64,000 nt of DNA from positions 2,336,001-2,400,000 of the forward strand of contig CBDEFM010000002.1 of assembly GCA_965237415.1 (NCBI GenBank), written 5' to 3'. This stretch comes from Alphaproteobacteria bacterium. Its GTDB lineage: Bacteria > Pseudomonadota > Alphaproteobacteria > UBA828. The notes under the pieces were generated by a model. That model saw only the letters and a list, made by a program, of their open reading frames with translations, was not told where the DNA came from and made no database searches. This document shows positions 56,942 through 64,000 of the stretch, piece by piece (the first letter of the stretch is position 1; each line of letters starts with the position of its first letter). Both the position numbers and the translations under genes were made by a program.

Positions 56942-57469
56942 ATGTCCCGACCCTCACTGCGGGCGTTTCGGGCGACGACGACCGACGCCGGCGACATTTC
57001 GCCACTCTCGTCTCCTTACGACGATCTCAACCAGCAGATCATCCGCCTGCTCCAGGAAGACGGGCGGGAAGCCTACGACGTGATCGGGCAGAAGCTCGGC
57101 GTATCGGGCGGGACGGTCCGCAACCGTATCACCCGGATGCGCGACGCCGGCATGCTCCGCATCGTCGCTGTGGTCGACCCGGTCGCCGTCGACTACGAGT
57201 CGGACGCCATGCTCGGCATCAAGACAGCGCCGGGCGTCGCACCCACCGCAGTCGCGCAGCGGCTCGATCCCCACCAGGCCGTCGTCTACGTCATGTGGGT
57301 CAGCGGCCGCTTCGACCTGCTGGTCGAGGTCGTGTGCGACGAGGAAACCGAGCTCACGACCTTCCTCAACGACCACATCCACGGCCAGCCCGATGTCGCC
57401 CACGTCGAGGTCATGACCCGGCTCGGCATGTTCAAGAACCAGTTTCTGCTCAAGGGCCACGTGCCTTAG
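56942..57469 (+). CDS. Lrp/AsnC family regulator, copy 2
   Basis: Identical to copy 1 from DAGDISP onward. Confidence 0.9.
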   Translation: MSRPSLRAFRATTTDAGDISPLSSPYDDLNQQIIRLLQEDGREAYDVIGQKLGVSGGTVRNRITRMRDAGMLRIVAVVDPVAVDYESDAMLGIKTAPGVAPTAVAQRLDPHQAVVYVMWVSGRFDLLVEVVCDEETELTTFLNDHIHGQPDVAHVEVMTRLGMFKNQFLLKGHVP

Positions 57470-57507
57470 CTGGTGCGCGCTCCAGGGGGATCGCACAGGG
57501 GATCGTC

Positions 57508-58623
57508 ATGAGCCTGTCGCTGCAATCGATCCTGGGGGCCGAGGCTCTGGCCGCATTCGAGGCTCCGGGGCCGGTGGCTAGGGGGCTTCCGGCTGCGGCC
57601 TACACCAGCAAGGCGGTCTTCCAACTCGAGAACGAGCGCATCTTCGCCGACTCCTGGGTCTTCGCCGGCCTCGCCCACGAGCTGGCCCGGCCGGGCGACG
57701 TGGTGCCGGTCACCGTCGCCGGCCGGCCGGTGCTGCTGGTGCGCGATGCCGAACAGCAAGTCCGGGCGTTTCACAACGTGTGCCGCCACCGCTGTCTCAA
57801 GCTCGTCGACCAACCCGGCAACGTGGGGCCGGCGATCCAGTGCCCCTATCACTCATGGACCTACAGGCTCGACGGTGCGCTGCACCTCGCCCCCTACTTC
57901 GGCGGGCACGACCCGCGCGCGGTGCCGGCCGGCTTCGACCGCGCGCAGCACGGGCTGGTGCCCGTGCGGGTGGCGACATGGCACGACTGGGTTTTCGTCA
58001 ACCTGAACGGCGAGGCGCCTCCCATCGAGGACTTCGTCGCACCGCTCCAGAGGCACCTCGGGGGGCTCGACTTCTCCCGGATGAAGCACGTGGTCACCAT
58101 CGATCTGGGCGAGATCGCCGCGAACTGGAAGCTCATGATGGAGAACTTCATCGAGCCCTATCACGTGCCCTTCGTGCACGCGACGACCACCGAACAGCCA
58201 CTGACGGACCACTACACGGTGAACGAGCCGGGCTGCCTCGGCTGCGCCGTGGACGTCTCCGGTACGGCAAAGCGGGACGACACGCTGTCTGCGGACTCCC
58301 GCTACCTCACGCTCTTCCCCAACTTCGTGCTCGGGCTCTACTTGCCGGATCAGATCGGCGTTCATCTCGACGTGCCGCTGGCGCCCGGTCGCACAGGCCA
58401 GCGCCGCGCCGTCTACAGCCTCCAGGCCGAGACGGTCTCCGACGAGCACGCGGACGAGCTCGCGAGGCTCTGGCGCGACGTGCACGTGGAGGACCAGGTG
58501 ATCTGCGAGCGGCTGCAGGAGGGACGCGCGTCCGCCGTCGCCGACGACGGCGGCGTGCTCTCCCCGCTGTGGGAGGACGCGGTGCGCAGCTTCCAGGAAC
58601 GCGTGGTGAAGAGCCTGCGCTAA
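57508..58623 (+). CDS. Rieske oxygenase alpha subunit, copy 2
   Basis: Same motifs as copy 1; a few substitutions. Confidence 0.9.
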   Translation: MSLSLQSILGAEALAAFEAPGPVARGLPAAAYTSKAVFQLENERIFADSWVFAGLAHELARPGDVVPVTVAGRPVLLVRDAEQQVRAFHNVCRHRCLKLVDQPGNVGPAIQCPYHSWTYRLDGALHLAPYFGGHDPRAVPAGFDRAQHGLVPVRVATWHDWVFVNLNGEAPPIEDFVAPLQRHLGGLDFSRMKHVVTIDLGEIAANWKLMMENFIEPYHVPFVHATTTEQPLTDHYTVNEPGCLGCAVDVSGTAKRDDTLSADSRYLTLFPNFVLGLYLPDQIGVHLDVPLAPGRTGQRRAVYSLQAETVSDEHADELARLWRDVHVEDQVICERLQEGRASAVADDGGVLSPLWEDAVRSFQERVVKSLR

Positions 58624-58954
58624 CGGTCGACATTCTTGCGGGCGTCGCAGGCCAGTCTACGCGGGCGTGCCGCCTGGACCGCAAGCGCGCATTGAGAGGA
58701 TTGCACAGCGCACCGAAGGCCGAGTCGAGCGCCAATCTTCGGGGGACGCGTCCTGCTCCAGCTTCGAGAACAGACATTCAGGCCCCTGCGCGCTCAGGGC
58801 TGCAACAAACCACACGCGATTCTCATGTACATTACATAATTGTTATGATCGTGCGTTGGTGCTCCACGGAACTTAGGCATAGGCATATCACACTGAAATT
58901 ATAAACATACCGATATCATTATCATTCCGACGTTCTCCACTAAATGGCATAGGC

Positions 58955-58970
58955 ATAACTCTTTAGTTAT
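58955..58970. promoter_or_regulatory. LysR-type inverted-repeat binding site
   Basis: ATAAC-tcttta-GTTAT in an AT-rich region upstream of the LysR gene. Confidence 0.5.
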
Positions 58971-59045
58971 TGCTTTAGCATCGCACAACATACCCGCCGA
59001 CAAAGTGAATTGCGCCATCAATATTATGGCTGTATCAAGCACGTT

Positions 59046-59972
59046 ATGTTGGAAGACAACTCATATCGGCTGCCCACGACGACCGCTTTGATCGCCTTCG
59101 ATTGCGCCGCCCGACATGGCAGTTTTGCTGCAGCGGCAAAGGAATTGGGCACGTCACAGCCCGCGGTCAGTCGCCATATCGCAAGCCTCGAGCGCCAGCT
59201 TCGCACACGCCTGTTTGAGCGATCCCGAACCGGGGTGAGCCTGACCGAAACCGGAAGGCGCTTTCACGATGCGGTCGCCACCGGCCTTGGCATGATCCAG
59301 TCGGCTGCGGCCGAGACCGTCCAGCCTTCAACGCCCGAACAGGTGGTGATCGCCTGCTCGGCCCCGGCATCGCACTACCTGCTGATGCCGCGATACAACA
59401 CACTCCGCGAAGAGGTCGGCGATAAGACTCAAATCGGAATTGTGGTGTTCAACAATTACTCTCGGAACCTGCCACTCGATCCGGTTGCCGATGTGGTGTT
59501 GGATTGGGAGAAAGCCATCGGGTCGGAAGACCGTACGGTGCTCTTCCGCGAGGCCGTGAGACCCGTCTGCTCATCCGAATACGCGGCAAAGCATGCAGAA
59601 ACGCTGAAGGGACTCGTCAGCGGGTGGAGCGGCCTGGCGTTTCTCGAACCCGGCCTCCACAACAGGGGTTGGGCGTCATGGGAGGATTGGTTCCAGGCCG
59701 TTGGCTACCCGGAGCCGCAGCCTCGGTTCACGAACTTCGACAATTACATCTATTCATTGGAAGCAGCCGTTGCGGGGCAGGGCATCGCGCTCGGCTGGAG
59801 GAACTTTGTCGATCAACATCTCGAAACTGGTGCGTTGGTCACGCTCGGCGATGGCTATGTCGAACGCGACAACCATTTTTGCGGCATGCTCTCCGAGCAG
59901 GGGCGCCTGCGACCCATCGCAAGCAAGTGCCTCTCGCTCTTGCAGCGATATGTATCGCCCCCAGAGAAATAG
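59046..59972 (+). CDS. LysR family regulator (GcvA-like)
   Basis: LIAFDCAARHGSFAAAAKELGTSQPAVSRHIASLE..LFER; AVAGQGIALGW. Confidence 0.92.
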   Translation: MLEDNSYRLPTTTALIAFDCAARHGSFAAAAKELGTSQPAVSRHIASLERQLRTRLFERSRTGVSLTETGRRFHDAVATGLGMIQSAAAETVQPSTPEQVVIACSAPASHYLLMPRYNTLREEVGDKTQIGIVVFNNYSRNLPLDPVADVVLDWEKAIGSEDRTVLFREAVRPVCSSEYAAKHAETLKGLVSGWSGLAFLEPGLHNRGWASWEDWFQAVGYPEPQPRFTNFDNYIYSLEAAVAGQGIALGWRNFVDQHLETGALVTLGDGYVERDNHFCGMLSEQGRLRPIASKCLSLLQRYVSPPEK

Positions 59973-60179
59973 AGGACCAGGAGCAAGAGGCCGCACCATT
60001 GGCGCAGTTTCCCTCGATCCTCTGATCGCGTCTTGTGACCCGATGCCACCACCTCGTCGCCCACCCCTTAGGGTCTGTCGGCCGGACGGCGCCGCGCAGA
60101 CCATGACCGCGGCGAGAAATTCGGGCTAGAGTACGCGCGGCCGGTCGGGGTCAGCCGCCGGCAAACGGAGGCTGTACCC

Positions 60180-61235
60180 ATGGCGCACTACCGAATTGCG
60201 GTCATTCCGGGCGATGGCATCGGCAACGAGGTCATGCCGGAGGCGATGCGGGTGCTGGAGGCCGCCGGCCGGCGCTTCGGCGTGCGGTTCGATTGGCAGC
60301 ATTTTGACTGGAACTGCGAGACCTACGGCAAGACCGGGCGCATGATGCCGGAGGACGGGATCGAGGTGCTGCGCCCGTTCGATGCGATCCTGCTGGGCGC
60401 GGTTGGCTTCCCCGGCGTGCCGGACCATGTGTCGCTCTGGGGCCTCCTGATCCCGCTGCGCCGGGCCTTTCGGCAATACGTCAATCTGCGCCCGATCAAG
60501 CTGCTCAAGGGTGTTAGCTCGCCGCTTGCAGGCCGTGGCCAGGCCGACATCGACTTCGTCATCGTCCGCGAGAACAACGAGGGCGAGTATTCGGAGATGG
60601 GCGGGCGGATCTACGCCGGCACCGAGCAGGAAGCGGTGGTGCAGGAGAGTGTCTTCACCCGCCAGGGCGTCGACCGGGTGATGCGCTACGCCTTCGAGCT
60701 CGCCCGCACAAGGCAGGGCCGCGTCGCCTCGGCGACCAAGTCGAACGGAATCATCCACACCATGCCCTATTGGGACGAGCGCTTCGCCGTCGCCGCCGCG
60801 CAGTACCCGGACGTGGAGACCGAGAGCTACCATATCGATATCCTGAGCGCGCACTTCGTGCAGCATCCGGACTGGTTCGACGTGGTGGTGGGCAGCAACC
60901 TGTTCGGCGATATCCTCTCGGATCTCGGCGCGGCGGTGGCCGGCGGCATGGGGCTCGCGCCGGCGGCCAATCTCAACCCGGACCGCGAGCATCCTTCCAT
61001 GTTCGAGCCGGTCCACGGGTCTGCGCCGGACATCGCGGGGCGCGGCATCGCCAACCCGGTCGCGATGATCTGGACCGGCGCGATGATGGTGGACCATCTC
61101 GGCCATGGCGATGCGGCGCGCGCCATAGAAGGCGCCATCGAGACGGTGCTCGCCGCCGGCGCTCCCCTTACCCCCGACCTCGGCGGCAGCGCCAGCACCG
61201 AAGAGCTCGGCAAAGCCGTCGCTGCGGCACTCTGA
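60180..61235 (+). CDS. tartrate dehydrogenase/D-malate dehydrogenase (decarboxylating)
   Basis: IPGDGIG, VPDHVSLWG, RENNEGEYS, TKSNG, FEPVHGSAPDIAG. Confidence 0.92.
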   Translation: MAHYRIAVIPGDGIGNEVMPEAMRVLEAAGRRFGVRFDWQHFDWNCETYGKTGRMMPEDGIEVLRPFDAILLGAVGFPGVPDHVSLWGLLIPLRRAFRQYVNLRPIKLLKGVSSPLAGRGQADIDFVIVRENNEGEYSEMGGRIYAGTEQEAVVQESVFTRQGVDRVMRYAFELARTRQGRVASATKSNGIIHTMPYWDERFAVAAAQYPDVETESYHIDILSAHFVQHPDWFDVVVGSNLFGDILSDLGAAVAGGMGLAPAANLNPDREHPSMFEPVHGSAPDIAGRGIANPVAMIWTGAMMVDHLGHGDAARAIEGAIETVLAAGAPLTPDLGGSASTEELGKAVAAAL

Positions 61236-61419
61236 GCCGGGCGCTGCCCTTGATAATGGCCGCCAGATTGTGTTGTGAGGGGTTGGGGGTTTCCCGACGC
61301 GGACATCCGGAATCACTGGAGGCTTGACCATCGGCGCCAAAGCCCATCGACAGACGCACGTGCGAGGGGCGGCGGAGTGCTCCACACCCCTGTCAGCTCT
61401 TCGAAAGGAGGCTCATGCC

Positions 61420-61995
61420 ATGATCAAACGCGCTCTGGGGACCGCTCTCGCGGCGGCCGCCCTCATGGTCTCGGCCGCAGCGAGCCAAGCCGCCGACTAC
61501 AGGATCGATTCGGCGCACAGCTTCGTTCAGTTCAAGATCTCGCACCTGGGATACGCGTGGATGATCGGCAGCTTCGAAAAGGTGTCCGGCAGCTTCACGT
61601 TCGATCTCGACGCGGGGCCGGAGGGACAGACGGTCTCGGTCGAAATCGACACGGCCAGCGTCGATACAAATCACGCCGAACGCGACAAGCATCTGCGTTC
61701 GGCCGACTTCCTGAACGTCGACGAATTCCCCACGGCGACCTTTGTCAGCACCGGGTATGAAGGCGATGCCGAAGGCGGCACGATCATGGGCGACTTGACG
61801 CTGCACGGCGTCACCAAGCCTATCGCCATCGCCGTGAAGAAAGTGGGCGCAGGAAAGGACCCCTGGGGCGGCTACCGCGCCGGTTTCGACGGCACGGTGT
61901 CGCTGACGCGCAAGGATTTCGGCATGGGCTACAACCTGGGGCCTGCGTCCGAATCCATGGACCTCTTCCTCTTTATCGAGGGAGTCCGCCAATAG
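61420..61995 (+). CDS. yceI: YceI family lipid/polyisoprenoid-binding protein
   Basis: Signal peptide, HSFVQFKISHLG, NHAERDKHLRS, DPWGGYRAGF. Confidence 0.9.
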   Translation: MIKRALGTALAAAALMVSAAASQAADYRIDSAHSFVQFKISHLGYAWMIGSFEKVSGSFTFDLDAGPEGQTVSVEIDTASVDTNHAERDKHLRSADFLNVDEFPTATFVSTGYEGDAEGGTIMGDLTLHGVTKPIAIAVKKVGAGKDPWGGYRAGFDGTVSLTRKDFGMGYNLGPASESMDLFLFIEGVRQ

Positions 61996-62029
61996 CCTCA
62001 ACGTGAGAGCGGACATCTGCGGAACGACC

Positions 62030-62608
62030 ATGTGGAGGAGCGGCAAAGACCACTACGGGATCGTTTCTTCGGGCTTCCACTGGGCCATTGCCCTCGCCAT
62101 CGTCGGACTCGTCGGGCTCGGGGCCTGGATGGTCGGGCTCACCTACTACGATCCCTGGTACTACGATTCTCTCGCGCTCCATAAGGCAATCGGGATCGTG
62201 GTTCTGGCGCTCGCGTTGGCCAAGTTCGGCTGGAAGCTCGTCGATCGAAACCCTGGATTCGGGCCGGAGGTGAAGCCCCATGAACGCGCCGGCGCCACTG
62301 CGATGCATTGGCTCCTGAACGCGCTCATGGTCCTGCTACCGGTCACCGGTTACCTGATCTCGACCTCGGAAGGTGCCGGTATCGACATGTTCGGGCTCTT
62401 CGATGTGCCTGCGCTCGTCGATGTAACGGCGGAAACCCGCGACCTCGCCATCGACATCCATTTCTATGTTGCATACGGGGGTATCGCCTTGGTTGGGATG
62501 CACATCATTGCGGCGCTCAAGCACCATTTCGTCGATCGGGGATCGACGCTGAGACGCATGCTGATCCCGCGCTCCCGCTCTCCGTCGGCCGAGAAATCGG
62601 TGAAGTAG
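62030..62608 (+). CDS. cytochrome b561 (YceJ-like)
   Basis: FHW, LHKAIG, MHW..TGY, HIIAALKHHF heme ligands. Confidence 0.9.
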   Translation: MWRSGKDHYGIVSSGFHWAIALAIVGLVGLGAWMVGLTYYDPWYYDSLALHKAIGIVVLALALAKFGWKLVDRNPGFGPEVKPHERAGATAMHWLLNALMVLLPVTGYLISTSEGAGIDMFGLFDVPALVDVTAETRDLAIDIHFYVAYGGIALVGMHIIAALKHHFVDRGSTLRRMLIPRSRSPSAEKSVK

Positions 62609-62719
62609 AGGCGGGTCCGGGCGGGGATCGAGACCGTCATGGCGATCCGGTCGACCATTCGGCCGAGACCGCGTATTTGCCGCAAGACGTGACGCCAAGA
62701 CAGACATTGCCGGAGACCG

Positions 62720-63177
62720 ATGGCCGACTTCCCGGGGTATCTCCTGAATGGCTACCGCTCGTTCAAGGACAGCCGGTATGCTCGGGAACACGGCCGTTAC
62801 CGCTCGCTCGCCGAGCACGGGCAGACGCCAGAGGTCATGGTCATCGCCTGCTGCGATTCCCGGTCGGCGCCGGAAACCATTTTCGATGCCGCGCCGGGCG
62901 AGATTTTCGTCGCCCGCAATGTCGCCAACCTGGTGCCGCCCTATGAGCCGGACGGCGCCTACCACGGCACCTCTGCCGCGCTCAAGTTCGCCGTGCAGAG
63001 CCTCAAGGTCCGGCACATCGTCGTGCTTGGCCACGGGCGCTGCGGCGGTATCCGCACAGCATTGGACCCGGCGGCGGAACCCTTGTCTCCGGGTGACTTC
63101 ATCGGCAAGTGGATGAAGCTGCTCCGGCCCACCGCCGACGAGATCGCGGCTGGCGCCCGGCTGACGGATGCGGAGAC
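62720..63177 (+). pseudogene. beta-carbonic anhydrase, 3'-truncated by an IS end
   Basis: CCDSR, RNVANLVPP, GHGRCGG; reads into an IS end after ..LTDAET. Confidence 0.8.
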
Positions 63178-63233
63178 ACCAAACCGGACAACTCGTATGC
63201 TACCTAACCCGGACAAATCATGTGCTAGCGACA
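63178..63233 (+). mobile_element. orphan right end of an IS1202/ISNCY-type element
   Basis: Two CCGGACAA repeats ending ..TGTGCTAGCGACA. Confidence 0.6.
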
Positions 63234-63251
63234 CACCGGGGCCACGTGTGC

Positions 63252-64000
63252 TGTCGAGAACATTTTGAGTTGGCCGGTTTATGTACCATATGAGTTGACC
63301 GCTTCTGTTGTTGCTGGCCCTGTGGGGAAGTGGTCGGGCGCGGCGCGGCTGTCCACTTGTCCACAGGGCACCGGCGGGCTGCGTCGAAGCGGATCACGCG
63401 GCCTGCCGGGTTTGGCTGTCGATGGGCTCGCCGTCGGCGTTGTAGCGGGCCAAGCATCTGGGGCCGTGGAAGAGGGCGAGGGTTCCGTCTGGATACTCGT
63501 GCACCCTGACCCTTGCCTTGACGTAGTGGTGGCGATGGCGGGCGGGTGGGATCTGCAGGCTCAGGCCGTGGTAGCGCACGGTGTTGTCGTTGCCGACGGT
63601 GCGCTCCTGCTGCACGCAGAGGATGTCGTCGAGCGCGCCTGCGAAGGGCACGAAGGCGGAGCCCTTGTCCTCGGCCGGGGTTGCGAAGCGGGCGTTGTGG
63701 AGCGGCAGGTAGAGCTCCCTGAGGAAGCGGTTGGCCTCGGCCATCTCGGTGATGCCGGCGAGCCTGAGTTCCTGGGGCAGGCGTTTCTGCAAGGTCCCGA
63801 ACATGCGCTCGGAGCGCGCCCTGGCCTCGGGCGAATAGGCCGCGATCGGCTCGATGTCGAGCTGCTGAAGCGCACGGCCGACCTGGGTCGGCTTGTCCTT
63901 GTCCACCGTGCCGCCGGCCTCGGGCGTGTGCCAGTAGTGGCTGGCCCGGTCGGCGTAGAGCGAGCAGAACAGGCCCTTGGCCCGGATCGCCTCGGACAGC
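63252..64000 (-). mobile_element. IS1202/ISNCY-type IS, 3' part and right end; transposase stop at 63394, runs off window
   Basis: LYADRASHYW, AYSPEARARSERMFGTLQKRL, RTVGNDNTV; TGT terminus with repeated CAACTC motifs. Confidence 0.85.

Overview
GC-rich bacterial chromosomal window. The conserved rpmH-rnpA-yidD-yidC-engB-argB block and alpha-type LexA boxes point to an Alphaproteobacterium. A host-associated marine lifestyle (e.g. sponge symbiont) is only an inference from gene content. Housekeeping genes (gloA, dtd, hemB, panC, argB, engB, yidC, yidD, rnpA, rpmH, nudC) are interleaved with catabolic clusters: GS-like ligase/Rieske/AsnC, a xanthine-dehydrogenase-family trio with AtuA-like genes, a CoA-dependent thiolase-like/OB-fold cluster with a halohydrin dehalogenase, a sugar ABC transporter and hydantoinase A/B. 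The window also holds IS3-, ISKra4/IS1595- and IS1202-type elements, two MITEs and many truncated genes fused at short junctions. Main observations: (1) two low-GC two-gene cassettes (small protein + Fic; SAMHD1/YwfO-like HD hydrolase + YwgA-like protein) have the same promoter layout, in which the -10 hexamer TAGAAC overlaps an alphaproteobacterial LexA box, and both sit beside a penicillin-acylase 3' end, making them candidate SOS-inducible toxin/defence modules; (2) a eukaryote-like sterol C-24 methyltransferase; (3) a dispersed non-coding element with roughly helically phased ~21-bp and 10-bp repeats; (4) three nested inverted duplications; (5) a YidC with a ~295-aa charged C-terminal tail. 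All calls are by eye, with no database searches.
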